DNA of 64,000 bases. It comes from Desulfobacterales bacterium (GTDB lineage Bacteria; Desulfobacterota; Desulfobacteria; Desulfobacterales; UBA2245). Shown piece by piece: positions 10,201 to 21,975 of the stretch (position 1 is the stretch's first letter; every line of letters begins with the position of its first letter). The DNA lies in assembly GCA_040771865.1 (NCBI GenBank), contig JAXGZF010000005.1:186001-250000 (forward strand). Reading direction: 5' to 3'. Below the pieces are notes generated by a model that saw only the letters and a list, made by a program, of their open reading frames with translations, was not told the DNA's origin and ran no database searches. The translations under genes and the position numbers were made by a program.

Positions 10201-11561
10201 ATTTCGATATTCAGGGTCTCCTTGGCCGCCTCTTCCAGAAATGATCCGGTTCCGGCGCTGCATGCCTCGTTCATGGCGTAATCCGAGGCCACGCCGTTGG
10301 TGATGTAGGTGTACTTGGCATCCTGTCCGCCGATTTCAAAAATCGTGTCCACCTCCCTGTCAAAGAAAAGGGCCGCGGAAGCGTGGGCGATGATTTCGTT
10401 GACGACGCCGTCGGTCAAGGCATGGAGACCGGCGATCTGCCGCCCGGATCCCGTGACGCCGATGCCGACGATGTTCATCGAATCGGAAAGTTCCCCAAGC
10501 TGGCGGCGCAGAGCCGCGTAACACGCTCTGGACGCGCCCACGGGATCCGCATTGGTGCGCAGATAGACCGAAGCAAGGACCTGGCTGTCTGCGGTTCTCA
10601 ACAGAACGGCCTTGGTGGTGGTGGAACCCACGTCGAGACCGATGATGCAGCGGTTGCCGGCTTCAGGCGTTCCCATGCGGGATTCCTTGAACACGACCCT
10701 GTGTTCGGCTGTTTTCAGCGGGGGAAGCTGAACAAAGGTCTTGCGGTCTTTTGTGAAAATATCCTCAATTTCATGAAGGGGGAAGGTTTTGTTTTCACTG
10801 GCCCAGAGGGCGCATCCCAGCGCTTCAAAATAAGGCGCCTGTTCGGGGACGTACAGATCCGGAATCTCGGATTTCAGAAAGTCGATCATCACGTGGTTGC
10901 GCGCGCAACCGCCGATGACCACGATGGCCTTTTTTCCGACCGGCCGGATCAGCTCCAGAATCTTTCCCGCCATCATGCGGCAGAGCCCGGCGGTGACCCG
11001 TTCCTTGGGAACGCCCTTGTTGGTGGCATGAGTGCAGTCGCTTTTGCAGAACACGCTGCACCGGCCCGAAACCGAGTATGGAGGCTCCCGGCGGGCAATC
11101 TCAACGGCTTCTTCCAGAGAAAGGTCCATTCTGCGGATCTGCTGCAGAAAAAACTCTCCGGTGCCCGATGCGCACTTGTTTCCGGCATAAACCGCCGTGA
11201 TACGCCCGTTTTTCCCAAGACCGTAAACCATGAAGGTTTCAGCCCCCGCGCTGACCACAGCCGAATACCCGTTCGAATTCGGACGGATAAATGCCAGGGC
11301 TTTTTCAACGGCTTCGGGTTCGGAAATCGAGGATAGCCGAGTGTATTCCCGAAACTTTCTGCCGGTGGCAGCAATCGAGGCGTAACTCCGAATGTCCAGA
11401 CCATTTAAAGCCTTTTTGAGTGCGGCATGGGGGTTGCCGTGATGAGAGAGCATTCGGTGGCCCATCTCGAAAAAATCTCCCGAGGCATTTCGCGAAATCT
11501 CGCTCAGCGACAGGGTGGCGGCGCCGAAACATATTCCAAGCGATTTCATGGTGGTATCCAT
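7233..11561 (-). CDS. Fused double CoA-activase (BadF/BcrAD ASKHA ATPase x2) plus DUF2229/dehydratase-like domains; PlsA/Ger-like
   Basis: Two activase modules (GNKCASGTG/CSVFC and GLDVGSTTTK/GGQDAK/MNEACSAGTG), then CYPVE, NFSCGPD, ECLP, GPCRYGQY, PFGCMP. Confidence 0.85.
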   Translation of the reverse strand: MDTTMKSLGICFGAATLSLSEISRNASGDFFEMGHRMLSHHGNPHAALKKALNGLDIRSYASIAATGRKFREYTRLSSISEPEAVEKALAFIRPNSNGYSAVVSAGAETFMVYGLGKNGRITAVYAGNKCASGTGEFFLQQIRRMDLSLEEAVEIARREPPYSVSGRCSVFCKSDCTHATNKGVPKERVTAGLCRMMAGKILELIRPVGKKAIVVIGGCARNHVMIDFLKSEIPDLYVPEQAPYFEALGCALWASENKTFPLHEIEDIFTKDRKTFVQLPPLKTAEHRVVFKESRMGTPEAGNRCIIGLDVGSTTTKAVLLRTADSQVLASVYLRTNADPVGASRACYAALRRQLGELSDSMNIVGIGVTGSGRQIAGLHALTDGVVNEIIAHASAALFFDREVDTIFEIGGQDAKYTYITNGVASDYAMNEACSAGTGSFLEEAAKETLNIEMEQIASAAMQGKHPPNFNDQCAAFISSDIKNAFQEGTETPDIVAGLVYSICMNYANRVKGNRPVGKKVFMQGGVCCNRAVPLAMAALTGKDIIVPPDPHLMGAFGVALEVERKIELGLMKEQGFPLHALENRSLEYGKSFICRGGADRCDRKCEISRIIIDGAVFPFGGACNRWVNIRSRIRLDAQNRNHVSDYERTIFETRPCHYSENARSIGINKSFMVNTYFPLYHEFFTQLGFQVLIPEKPDPAGIEARRAPFCYPVELAHGFFHTLVEKHPDYIFLPQFKADFSDPSQKTSVICPLSQGEPYYLASAFKHLDHLAALRKSDRILQPVIDFSQGLQTARRTFADLARPLRVSREKAAIAFDRAVERQKTVLNAMVQEGDRILKNLEKAPEEFAVVILGRVYNSLVSEAHMGIPHKLASRGIRVIPLNFLPLSEEAAKPNMYWAAGQRILKAARFIRRHSQLFGCFITNFSCGPDSFLLGYFRDIMGKKPSLTLELDSHTADAGLETRIEAFLDIIVRYRELEKRKVFSEALKPFIPAGLSFENGHAVYIDSMQKRLPINDPRVHLVFPSMGNLGAEALAAAFRKSGVRASALPPSDNEALKIGRAHSSCKECLPLQLTTGTLFKHLENRNAEERTIYFMPTASGPCRYGQYSVFLNDLILKQGFENVALMSLSAENSYAGLISGKQIMNLWRGVVLASIMEEIRSTLMTNAVDCKPALEVFDGQWQRIILGLETLQGSRRLAEEIQGVARVLGNIPVRRSWCETPKILLSGEIFVRHDGISRQHLPEMLARKGFAVKVSSVIEWIYYTDWCVQHRLSTHPLGMGKRLYQRLRNACMKKVERTFRNILAQTGLCSDRNEDVDHIIQHSRRLISPHLVGEAILTTGAAITEILDPYCGVIAVGPFGCMPNRLSEAILNCEMNIAGKRISGNGNKALDRIAQSVEELPFLAIETDGNPFPPILQARLEAFLLQSSRIHKVLSQISANP

Positions 11562-11930
11562 CTCCGTCTCCGTCCATGGAAAAATATCGGCACTGGCTTG
11601 AGCGCCTGTTTCGATGTTTTACTTTTCCTTAAGGAAAATGGATGGAAAAACGATTGAATATGTCATCGCTGGATTGTCCGGCGATGGAAAGGTTCGAATC
11701 ACTTTTTAAAATATAAGGCAGCACGCTTCGTCTTGTCAAGGACAAGACCGCCGGTTGCGGGGCCTGTATTTTCGTGTTAGAGTCCTGTATCGGGTTTTAC
11801 TTGTCACGTTGAGACAAGTCCGGCCGGGATCGGATCGGAATGCGGCGGCAAAACCTTCGCCCGAATGAAGGCCTCGAATCCGTTCTCTGAATATTGCTGC
11901 GGCCTTTGACTTTCAACCGGGCCAAGATAA

Positions 11931-13724
<1,794 letters not shown>

Positions 13725-13738
<14 letters not shown>

Positions 13739-14075
13739 AAAGGACAAGGCCGCGGCCCGAAAGCGTCTGGCCGAAAAGGTCCGCGCCAAGGAGCGCCGCA
13801 AGATGCGCGCCCGCCAGGACGAGGCCCGGAATGTGTGGTTCGGTCTGGGAATGTTCGGCGTGGTGGGCTGGTCCGTGGCCATTCCGGCGCTGATCGGAAT
13901 CTTTGTCGGCGTCTGGATCGATATGACCTGGAAAAGCCCTTATTCCTGGACCCTGATGCTCCTAGTGATCGGCGTTGCCGCAGGCTGCGTCAACGCCTGG
14001 TTCTGGGTGCGGCGCGAAAGCGGCGCCATTGCACGGAAAAACGACTCGGATTCGAACGATGGAAATGATTCCTGA
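13725..14075 (+). CDS. atpQ: N-ATPase AtpQ (AtpZ/AtpI-like)
   Basis: WFGLGMFGVVGWSVAIP...G.WID...WTLMLL. TTG start at 13725 inferred from GGAG upstream. Confidence 0.85.
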
Positions 14076-14337
14076 TGCTTATTCGATGGCTGCCGCCGCA
14101 TTCTGGGGTCTTATGCTGGGTGTTTTTTATTTCGGCGGCCTCTGGGTCACCGTTCAAAGAATGGCGGTTTCAAAAAATCCCAGGGCACTGATGGTTTCGA
14201 GCTGGCTGATTCGAATCGCCGTCGTCCTGCCGGGAATGTGGCTGGCGCTGAAGCAGAGCGTCGGGGTCTTCTGCGTTGCTTTCGGCGTTTTTGTGACGAC
14301 GCGGTTCGTGATTCAGAAGATCGTGGTGCGTCATTAA
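14059..14337 (+). CDS. atpR: N-ATPase AtpR
   Basis: GVFYFGGLWVTV...SSWLIR hydrophobic protein in the canonical position between atpQ and atpB. Confidence 0.82.
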   Translation: MEMIPDAYSMAAAAFWGLMLGVFYFGGLWVTVQRMAVSKNPRALMVSSWLIRIAVVLPGMWLALKQSVGVFCVAFGVFVTTRFVIQKIVVRH

Positions 14338-14376
14338 CGGGCTGTTGAAACGGCTTTTACTTCGAATGAGGAATCC

Positions 14377-15084
14377 ATGCATATCAGTCCGGATAATTTG
14401 ATTTACTGGCAGAAGGGTTTTGCGGTTTTCAACGCGACCATCGCGTTTACCTGGGTCGTGATGGGTCTGCTGACTCTGATTTCCTGGATCATCACCCGGC
14501 GGCTCACCTCGGATGTCTCGCTGTCTAGGGGACAGAATCTTCTGGAAAGCATTGTGCTGGGAATGGTTAACCAGATTCGGGAAATCAGCAGACACAGGCC
14601 CGCCCGCCTTCTGCCCTTTCTCGGAACCCTTTTTTTGTTTGTCGCCGCGTCCAGCCTGCTTTCGGTGATTCCGGGCTTCGAGCCTCCCACGGGATCCTTG
14701 TCCACAACCGCCGCCATGGCCATCTGTGTATTCATATCCGTTCCTGTATTCGGCATTTCCCGAACAGGTTTAAAGGCTTACCTGAAGAATTATGTCCGGC
14801 CCAATCCGCTGATGCTGCCGTTTAACGTGTTGGGCGAAATCAGCCGGACCATGGCCCTGGCCGTCCGGCTTTTCGGCAACATCATGAGCGGGACCATGAT
14901 CGCCGCCATTCTGCTGTCCGTGACGCCCCTGATTTTTCCCGTGATCATGCAGCTGTTCGGGCTGCTGACCGGGCTGGTTCAGGCGTATATCTTTGCCGTC
15001 CTGGCGGCGGTCTATATCTCAGCAGGCATGGAGGTACAGATCCGCAGGCAGGAAGATTTGAAGAAAGGAGAACCTGATGGATAG
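14377..15084 (+). CDS. atpB: N-type ATPase subunit a
   Basis: EISRTMALAVRLFGNIMSG; GLVQAYIF. Confidence 0.95.
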   Translation: MHISPDNLIYWQKGFAVFNATIAFTWVVMGLLTLISWIITRRLTSDVSLSRGQNLLESIVLGMVNQIREISRHRPARLLPFLGTLFLFVAASSLLSVIPGFEPPTGSLSTTAAMAICVFISVPVFGISRTGLKAYLKNYVRPNPLMLPFNVLGEISRTMALAVRLFGNIMSGTMIAAILLSVTPLIFPVIMQLFGLLTGLVQAYIFAVLAAVYISAGMEVQIRRQEDLKKGEPDG

Positions 15085-15355
15085 TTTAAGCCTCGTGGCA
15101 ATTGTATCCATTGCTTCTGCGGCCGTCTGCATTGCAATCGGTTCGATCGGCCCGGCGCTCGGCGAAGGTCGCGCGCTTTCCCAGGCCCTGAGTTCCATCG
15201 CCCAGCAGCCCGATGAAACCAGCTCCATCACACGGACCCTGTTTGTCGGTCTGGCCATGGTCGAGTCCACCGCCATATACTGTTTCGTGGTGGCGATGAT
15301 TCTGATTTTCGCCAACCCCTTCTGGAATTTTTTCATGACCAAGGCGGGAGGATAA
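15077..15355 (+). CDS. atpE: N-type ATPase subunit c (Na+-type motif)
   Basis: GPALGEG, AQQP loop, ESTAIY. Confidence 0.95.
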   Translation: MDSLSLVAIVSIASAAVCIAIGSIGPALGEGRALSQALSSIAQQPDETSSITRTLFVGLAMVESTAIYCFVVAMILIFANPFWNFFMTKAGG

Positions 15356-15358
15356 AAG

Positions 15359-16117
15359 GTGCTGATCAACTGGTTCACGGTCCTGGCCCAGATCGTCAAT
15401 TTCCTGATTCTGGTCTATCTGCTCAAGCGCTTTCTGTACGGACCGATCATTCGGGCCATGCAGGAAAGAGAGAAGAAAATCGCCCGTCGGCTTCAGGACG
15501 CTGAAGACAGGGAACTGGAAGCCGATCAGCGTTCTGCAGCCCTCGAAGATGAAAAAGAGAAGCTTCTGAATGAAAAAGAGGAGATTCTTCGCGACGCCAA
15601 AGAGCAGGTAAAGGCCTGGCGGGACAGCAGGGTCGAGCAGCTTCGGGAAGAGATCGACCGGCTCCGCCAGGCATGGATCGACAGCGTCGAGAACGATAAG
15701 CAGAAGTTTCTTCAGCAGTTGAAACAAAAGGTGGTCTGCCAGACCCTGATGATATCCCGGAAGACGCTTGTTGATCTGGCCGGAGAGGATATTGAGCGCC
15801 TGGCGGTCCGACGGTTCGCCGAAAAGTTGCAGACAAAACCCCGCGACAAGGCGAACCTGTCCGCTGTTTCCGGAAAGATTCTGATCCGATCCGGCTTTGA
15901 AATGGATTCCGCTCTTAAAGACGAACTGGCCGGGGTTCTTGAATCCGTTTTTCCGGCCGCAGGTGGCCTTGAGTTCATTGTAAGCGACGGGATCGGGTTC
16001 GGAATCGAACTGGTTGCCGGCGACTGGAAGCTGACGTGGAATCTTTCCGTTTATCTGGAAGGCATGGAGGAGGAAATTCACCGCTCTCTGGCTGTTGCCT
16101 GCGGAGGCAAGCCATGA
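15359..16117 (+). CDS. atpF: N-type ATPase subunit b (extended, delta-like C-terminus)
   Basis: [28 protein letters not shown], coiled coil, C-terminal [15 protein letters not shown]. Confidence 0.92.
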   Translation: MLINWFTVLAQIVNFLILVYLLKRFLYGPIIRAMQEREKKIARRLQDAEDRELEADQRSAALEDEKEKLLNEKEEILRDAKEQVKAWRDSRVEQLREEIDRLRQAWIDSVENDKQKFLQQLKQKVVCQTLMISRKTLVDLAGEDIERLAVRRFAEKLQTKPRDKANLSAVSGKILIRSGFEMDSALKDELAGVLESVFPAAGGLEFIVSDGIGFGIELVAGDWKLTWNLSVYLEGMEEEIHRSLAVACGGKP

Positions 16118-17625
16118 CCCGATCGGGCCTGCTGTCCGTGCTGGACGAGGTTTACCGGACCGTTGAAGCGTATCTGGACGGGCGGAAGACGGAAGTCCGG
16201 ATTCAGGAGGTCGGCAGAATTTACTCGATCGGCGCCGGCATTGTGCAGGCGTCCGGCCTCGGCGGGGTGAAATCCGAGGAACTGGTGACCCTGGGAAGAG
16301 GCGTGGTCGGCCTGGTGCTGGATCTGCTGCCGGGCCGGATCGGCATTGCGCTGCTGGACAGCCAGGCCGATCTCAAGGCCGGTGATGAGGTCTCCCGAAG
16401 CGGACGAATTCTCGATGTTCCGGTGGGAGATGCCCTGATCGGCCGCGTGGTGGATCCCATGGGAAGGCCTCTGGACGATTCGGGCCCGGTCCATGCTGCC
16501 GAACGCTGGCCGGTGATGCGGCAGGCCCCCGAGATCATTCGAAGATCCCCGGTGGAAAAACCGCTTCAGACCGGCCTGAAGGTGATTGATGCGCTGATTC
16601 CCATCGGCTGCGGGCAGCGGGAGCTGATTCTCGGAGACCGCCAGACCGGAAAGACCGCCATCGCCCTGGACGCCATCGTCAACCAGAAGGGAAAGGACAT
16701 TCTGTGCGTGTATTGCGCCATCGGGCAAAGAAGCGCGAGCAGCGCCAGAATGATTCATGAACTCAAGGCCCGGGGCGCCATGGCGTACAGCATCGTGATG
16801 GTGGTCGAAGGCGACGACGTTCCCGGGCTTCAGTATATCGCCCCCTACGCCGCTACCTCCATGGCCGAATATTTCATGGAAAAGGGCCGGGATGTTCTGA
16901 TTGTCTACGATGACCTCACGCGGCATGCCCTTGCCTACCGTCAGCTGTCTCTGCTGCTTCGACGGCCGCCCGGGCGGGAGGCCTTTCCGGGGGATATTTT
17001 TTATGTCCATTCCCGTCTGCTGGAGCGCTCCACGCATCTGAAGCCCGAATTCGGAGGCGGCTCCCTGACCGCGCTTCCCATCATCGAAACCGAGGCCCAG
17101 AATCTCAGCGCCTATATTCCCACCAACCTGATTTCCATCACCGACGGCCAGATTTACCTTTCGCCGGATCTGTTTCGAAAGGGCGAGCTTCCGGCCGTGG
17201 ATGTGGGCAAATCCGTATCCCGGGTCGGAGGCAAGGCCCAGCTTCCGTCGTATCGCAAGGTGTCCGGGGACCTTCGGCTTTCCTATTCCCAGTTTCATGA
17301 ACTCGAATCTTTCGCCCGATTCGGAACCCGTCTGGATGAGCGAACTCGAAAGACCCTGGAACACGGAAGACGGGTTCGGGAAATCTTGAAACAATCCCAG
17401 TTTTCGGCCCTGTCTGCGGCCGAACAGGTGGTGATTCTGCTGGCCGTTGTTTCCGGAGCTCTGGATGATATTCCCCTGGAAAAAATTGCCGAAGCCGAGT
17501 CCGTCATCATCGCGCTGCTGGCGTCCAGATCCGGGCTTTCCGATCAGATTGCCAATGCCATGCCGGATGACGACCTCTGGGACGGCCTTCTCAATATGCT
17601 TCGTGATCGTCTCAGGAGTCTATAG
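16114..17625 (+). CDS. atpA: N-type ATPase alpha subunit
   Basis: [34 protein letters not shown] at 16114 overlaps the atpF stop. Confidence 0.96.
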   Translation: MTRSGLLSVLDEVYRTVEAYLDGRKTEVRIQEVGRIYSIGAGIVQASGLGGVKSEELVTLGRGVVGLVLDLLPGRIGIALLDSQADLKAGDEVSRSGRILDVPVGDALIGRVVDPMGRPLDDSGPVHAAERWPVMRQAPEIIRRSPVEKPLQTGLKVIDALIPIGCGQRELILGDRQTGKTAIALDAIVNQKGKDILCVYCAIGQRSASSARMIHELKARGAMAYSIVMVVEGDDVPGLQYIAPYAATSMAEYFMEKGRDVLIVYDDLTRHALAYRQLSLLLRRPPGREAFPGDIFYVHSRLLERSTHLKPEFGGGSLTALPIIETEAQNLSAYIPTNLISITDGQIYLSPDLFRKGELPAVDVGKSVSRVGGKAQLPSYRKVSGDLRLSYSQFHELESFARFGTRLDERTRKTLEHGRRVREILKQSQFSALSAAEQVVILLAVVSGALDDIPLEKIAEAESVIIALLASRSGLSDQIANAMPDDDLWDGLLNMLRDRLRSL

Positions 17626-17630
17626 CCGGC

Positions 17631-18506
17631 ATGCTGAGCCTGGATGTGCTGAAAAAGAAAATCAAGACCGCCCAGGATCTGCTTTCCGTGGTCAAGACCA
17701 TGAAAAGCCTGGCAGCCGTGAATATCCGGCATTATGAAAGCGCGGCCGCCTCTCTGGAACGCTACAGCGAGGTGGTGGACGCCGGCTGGCAGGCCCTGTT
17801 TCGAACCCCCATGCAGGTGCTTCCGGCGGTGAATGAGCGGCAGATCATATTTCTGGTGTTCGGATCGGACCAGGGCATGTGCGGCCAGTTCAATGAGGTG
17901 ATCGCAAACCTGGCTTCTGAAAGATTCAGAGCCGATCAGGCGGCCGGCCGGCGGGTTGCAGTCTGGACCGCAGGCGAACGGGCTATGGCCGCCCTGGAAA
18001 ATCTTCATGACGTGGAAGAACATTTTTCCCTGCCGGGCGGGCCGGCCGGCATACCGGGGCAGGTTCAGGAGATCATTCGAACCTTTGAACAGCGGCGCAA
18101 TGAAAATGGAGTCGAGGTTCTGGAGGTTTTTTACAACCAGCTGATTTCCGCCGGAGGCTACGAACCGGTTCATGCACGGATTTTACCCCTGGATTCAAGG
18201 TGGGTTGAACAGCACCGGCGGAAAAAATGGCCGAACCCTTGCCTTCCGCTACTGGGAATGGCGCCAGAGCACCTGTTTCGGGAGCTGTTCCGGCAGTATC
18301 TTTTCGTGTCGTTTTACAAGGCGTTCGCCCAGTCCCTGGCCAGTGAAAACGCCGCCCGGCTCCGGTCCATGCAGGCGGCGGAAAAAAATATTCAGGAGCT
18401 CGATGAAACGCTTGAGGCCAGATTCAGGGAAACCCGGCAGAACATCATCACCTCGGAGCTGCTCGACATCATCTCGGGCTTTGAGGCGGTCAGCGGAAAA
18501 TCATAA
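17631..18506 (+). CDS. atpG: N-type ATPase gamma subunit
   Basis: VVKTMKSLAA, GSDQGMCGQFN, SENAARLRSMQAA, RQNIITSELLDI. Confidence 0.95.
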   Translation: MLSLDVLKKKIKTAQDLLSVVKTMKSLAAVNIRHYESAAASLERYSEVVDAGWQALFRTPMQVLPAVNERQIIFLVFGSDQGMCGQFNEVIANLASERFRADQAAGRRVAVWTAGERAMAALENLHDVEEHFSLPGGPAGIPGQVQEIIRTFEQRRNENGVEVLEVFYNQLISAGGYEPVHARILPLDSRWVEQHRRKKWPNPCLPLLGMAPEHLFRELFRQYLFVSFYKAFAQSLASENAARLRSMQAAEKNIQELDETLEARFRETRQNIITSELLDIISGFEAVSGKS

Positions 18507-18672
18507 CTCAGAATCAGATATCAGGGAGAAAGATAATCCATGGTTGTGTATCTGAAAAGTTGCGTTGTATTTTCCACTCGATATGGAGGCGTGGGATAGA
18601 ATAACGGGCATTGTTGGAAAGGGAATTGAAAAGAAAATCGTCACGATAAGGTCCGAAAGGTTATAACCGCAC

Positions 18673-19623
18673 ATGAATAAACCCATCGAAACAGTTTCCA
18701 TTGTCGGCGCAGGGGCGGTGGGAGCTGCTTATGCGAGCATTCTTCATGAGATGGACTGCCGTTGCGTCTCGCTTGTCGCCGGCGGCGATCGGGGCAAACG
18801 GCTTCGGAAAGAGGGTCTGATGGTTAACGGCAGGCACTACCTTATTCCGGTTCTTCTCCCGGAAGATTTGTCAGAACCTTCCGATCTTGTCATGGTTGCG
18901 GTGAAGCACCATCATCTGGGTGAGGCCATACGGGACGTGAAAAACAGAGTCGGAGCAAAAACCGCCATTATGTCCGTGATGAACGGCATAGAGAGCGAGG
19001 AACGGATTGGTGCGGTTTATGGAATGCAGAAGGTTCTGTATGCCGTGACCATGGGCATCGATGCGCTGAGGGAAGAAAATCGTATTACGTATACCACGCA
19101 GGGAAAGCTGTTTTTTGGAGAGGCGCGAAACGCGGTTCCTGCCGAGCGGGTCGCGCGCGTGCAGGCTCTTTTCGACAAAGCCGGGATAATCTATGAAACG
19201 CCGCCTGATATGATCCGTATTCTTTGGTGGAAGTTTATGGTCAATGTCGGCATCAACCAGACATCGGTTTTGCTTCGCGCTCCCTACTCCGTATTTCAAA
19301 CCTCGCAGGAGGCAAGAAATCTCATGGAGTCTGCAATGAGGGAGGTCTTAATGCTTTCGGAAAAGGCGGGAGTCAATCTTTCCGAAGAGGATATCGGAAA
19401 GTTTGGAATCGTCCTTCAAAGTTTAAGCCCGCAGGGGAAAACTTCCATGCTTCAGGACATCGAAGCCCGCAGGAAAACGGAGGTGGAGATGTTTGCGGGA
19501 AAGGTTGTCGAGCTTGGAAAAAGGCTTGATGTTCCAACGCCGATCAATCAGCAACTGTTCGATTCGATCACGAAAATGGAAGCCGAATACAGTTCGTCGC
19601 CATCTTTAAAACCTCTATCCTGA
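18673..19623 (+). CDS. panE: 2-dehydropantoate 2-reductase (ketopantoate reductase)
   Basis: GAGAVG, SVMNGI, WWKFMVN, TSMLQD...RKTEVE. Confidence 0.88.
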   Translation: MNKPIETVSIVGAGAVGAAYASILHEMDCRCVSLVAGGDRGKRLRKEGLMVNGRHYLIPVLLPEDLSEPSDLVMVAVKHHHLGEAIRDVKNRVGAKTAIMSVMNGIESEERIGAVYGMQKVLYAVTMGIDALREENRITYTTQGKLFFGEARNAVPAERVARVQALFDKAGIIYETPPDMIRILWWKFMVNVGINQTSVLLRAPYSVFQTSQEARNLMESAMREVLMLSEKAGVNLSEEDIGKFGIVLQSLSPQGKTSMLQDIEARRKTEVEMFAGKVVELGKRLDVPTPINQQLFDSITKMEAEYSSSPSLKPLS

Positions 19624-19686
19624 CGGCTTCGTAAAAAGTCCCGGGAAGAAGTGATGCACACAACAGGGTCCTCTTTAAGGAGTCAG

Positions 19687-19719
19687 AAAAAAAAAGCCGC
19701 CGCCCGGAAAGGCGGCGGC
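19687..19719 (-). terminator. Rho-independent terminator of the cstA-arsA operon
   Basis: Perfect 9-bp stem gccgccgcc/ggcggcggc followed on the minus strand by a 9-T tract, just after the last arsA stop. Confidence 0.8.
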
Positions 19720-19737
19720 GAATGTTCGGGGCCGTTG

Positions 19738-20721
19738 TCAGGCGAGCGGGAAAAGGGATTGACTCAATCGGGATACCATTTCGAGCCCCCTGACTTCATT
19801 CTCAAAGAGGGGTATTTCTCCCCGGATGTTTTCAAAGGTTTGCAGAACCTCCTCCCGGTATCGATCCTGCATCTTCACGCGATTGAGGATGAAGGCCGCG
19901 GTATCCTCTCCGATTTCCGATTTGTCGATGGCCTGATTGATGATCACGCCGCCGATGGGAATGCCGAATTCTTCGAACCATCCGATGAACCGGCGGATCA
20001 CCGCGATGGGCAGGGATTCCAGCAGGGTGACGAAGAAGAAGGCGCTCTTGTCCTTATCCGTCAGGATTTTGCGCATATGTTCGATCCGGTCCCGGAAGGT
20101 CGTCAGATAATCCAGCAGAGGATCCTCTTCCTCCTCCGCCTTCTTTTTCCGGAATGAGAGGCTGAGGCGCATGCTTCTGGCCTCTTCACGGCTTTTCATC
20201 ATCTTGTCCACCCAGAGAGTGTATACCTTGGACATCCCCAGCAGTCTCCTGGCGTTCGCCGTGGGTGCGGTGTCGAAGACATAGAACTCAAAGGCGTCGT
20301 CAAAGATGATGTTGATCATGTTCTCAAACATGGCCGACTCCTCAAAGGCCGGATTCATGGTGGCGGATTCGATGAAATCTTCGGCCTTCGTTGGAATGTC
20401 CGCAAATTTGAGAAACCAGCTGATCTTCTCTCGTATCTCGGTCTTGGATTTGTCGATCGTGTCCTTGGTGTCGATTTCCTGAACGTGGAGGTTGTCCGTG
20501 CCGGGGATCAACACGGGCCTTCCGAAGACATCCTGCTGGAAGAGATTGGAGAGGCTGTGGACGGGATTGGTCGAGGCCAGCAAGGTCTTTTTCCCCTGTT
20601 TTGCCATCCAAAGGGCTACTGCGGCGGCCACCACGGTTTTCCCGACTCCTCCCTTGCCTCCGAAATAGATGTACCGGATTCCGGGGTGTTCTCTGAAAAA
20701 ATCATCCATCGTATTCTTCAT
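19738..20721 (-). CDS. ArsA/Get3-family ATPase (copy 2; switch I Asp replaced by Asn)
   Basis: GGKGGVGKT deviant Walker A, STNPVHSL, DTAPTA; no cysteines. Confidence 0.9.
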   Translation of the reverse strand: MKNTMDDFFREHPGIRYIYFGGKGGVGKTVVAAAVALWMAKQGKKTLLASTNPVHSLSNLFQQDVFGRPVLIPGTDNLHVQEIDTKDTIDKSKTEIREKISWFLKFADIPTKAEDFIESATMNPAFEESAMFENMINIIFDDAFEFYVFDTAPTANARRLLGMSKVYTLWVDKMMKSREEARSMRLSLSFRKKKAEEEEDPLLDYLTTFRDRIEHMRKILTDKDKSAFFFVTLLESLPIAVIRRFIGWFEEFGIPIGGVIINQAIDKSEIGEDTAAFILNRVKMQDRYREEVLQTFENIRGEIPLFENEVRGLEMVSRLSQSLFPLA

Positions 20722-21701
20722 GACAATGTCTCCTCAAACATCACTTCGGATAGTTTTCGAATGGATTCCAGCCCCTTGATCTCAGAGTCGAACTCCGGCA
20801 CTCTCGAGAGCACCGAATTCCCGAAGGTCCTGTCGATCAGATCGAGGGAATGGGTCTGCATCTCGATCCTGTTTCTAAGGTAGGCGGGGATGTTCTCCTG
20901 AAGAAGGTCCCTGTTGATCACCCGGTTGACGAGGTAGCCCGCCAGGGGGACGTTGTATTTGGCAAAGAGCCCTGCGGCCTTCTCCGTGTCGACAATGGTC
21001 ATCTCTTCGGGATTGACCACGAAGAAAAAGGCGGTCTTCCGGGTGTCCGTCATGATCTTGGAGGACATTCCGATGCGATTCTTGATGTACATGAGTTCAT
21101 TGTAAATCTCGTCTTCCTGGCCGTCCTCCTCCCGCTTCATGGTGGAGATGGCCTTGTCGTATTCACGCATCTGTTCCCGAAGGGTTGTGATCTTCTCCAG
21201 CCAGGCGTCGTAGATCGAGGCCATGCTCAAATAATACAGGGCATGCCCCAGGGGCACCAGATCGTAGATGTAGTAGTCGAAATCCGCCTTTACGACAATA
21301 TCCACCACGGCATCGAAAATGGCGCTTTCCTCCATGGCGGGTTCAGCGGAGGAGGCCTTGATATAGCTCTCGATCTCTTCAGGGATCTGTTTCATTCCGT
21401 ACATGTCCAGAATTTTCTGTCGTATCTCCTGCTGGTAAGCCTGTATCCGTTTGTCTGCATCCACTTCACAGGCAAAAAGATTCGGCATGATTTCGATGTT
21501 TCCTTTACCGAATATGTCCCTTTCGAAGATATCGCTGAGAGAGGCCTGCGGGTCCACGGAGAAGACCAGCACGCGTTTTCCTTTTTTGGCCAGATAGTAG
21601 GCGGTAGCCGCGGAAAAGGTGGTCTTGCCGAGACCGCCCTTTCCTCCGTACATGATATAACGTCGTTCGGGATACTTTTCGAAGACATCTGCCAGAGACA
21701 T
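20718..21701 (-). CDS. ArsA/Get3-family ATPase (copy 1; degenerate switch II)
   Basis: GGKGGLGKT, SVDPQASL, DLVPLGH in place of DTAPTGH. Confidence 0.9.
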   Translation of the reverse strand: MSLADVFEKYPERRYIMYGGKGGLGKTTFSAATAYYLAKKGKRVLVFSVDPQASLSDIFERDIFGKGNIEIMPNLFACEVDADKRIQAYQQEIRQKILDMYGMKQIPEEIESYIKASSAEPAMEESAIFDAVVDIVVKADFDYYIYDLVPLGHALYYLSMASIYDAWLEKITTLREQMREYDKAISTMKREEDGQEDEIYNELMYIKNRIGMSSKIMTDTRKTAFFFVVNPEEMTIVDTEKAAGLFAKYNVPLAGYLVNRVINRDLLQENIPAYLRNRIEMQTHSLDLIDRTFGNSVLSRVPEFDSEIKGLESIRKLSEVMFEETLS

Positions 21702-21975
21702 GATTCCTCCTTTTCAACTGGTCGGCACTGCAAGAGGGAACGAGCCGGAATCCGTTGCTTTGAATTCTCATTCACTCCCGCCTTGCAGGGATCAGGAATG
21801 TATTGAAACCGTCGCCCTGCTGATTTCGTTCAAAAGGAACGATTGAAGCGGCGGATCACGCAGCGCCAGACTCGTATTTCACGCTGCTCCGCCCCCTTAA
21901 GCGCTCCTTTGATTCCTTCAAAGAGAGTTGGGGTGATCCCGCACCGGGCGCGGGGTTCGGTAGTTCCCATTCAGA

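Noticed and set aside
19738..21701. Arsenic-resistance operon
   Set aside because: No arsB/acr3/arsC/arsD/arsR, and the ATPases lack metalloid-binding cysteines.
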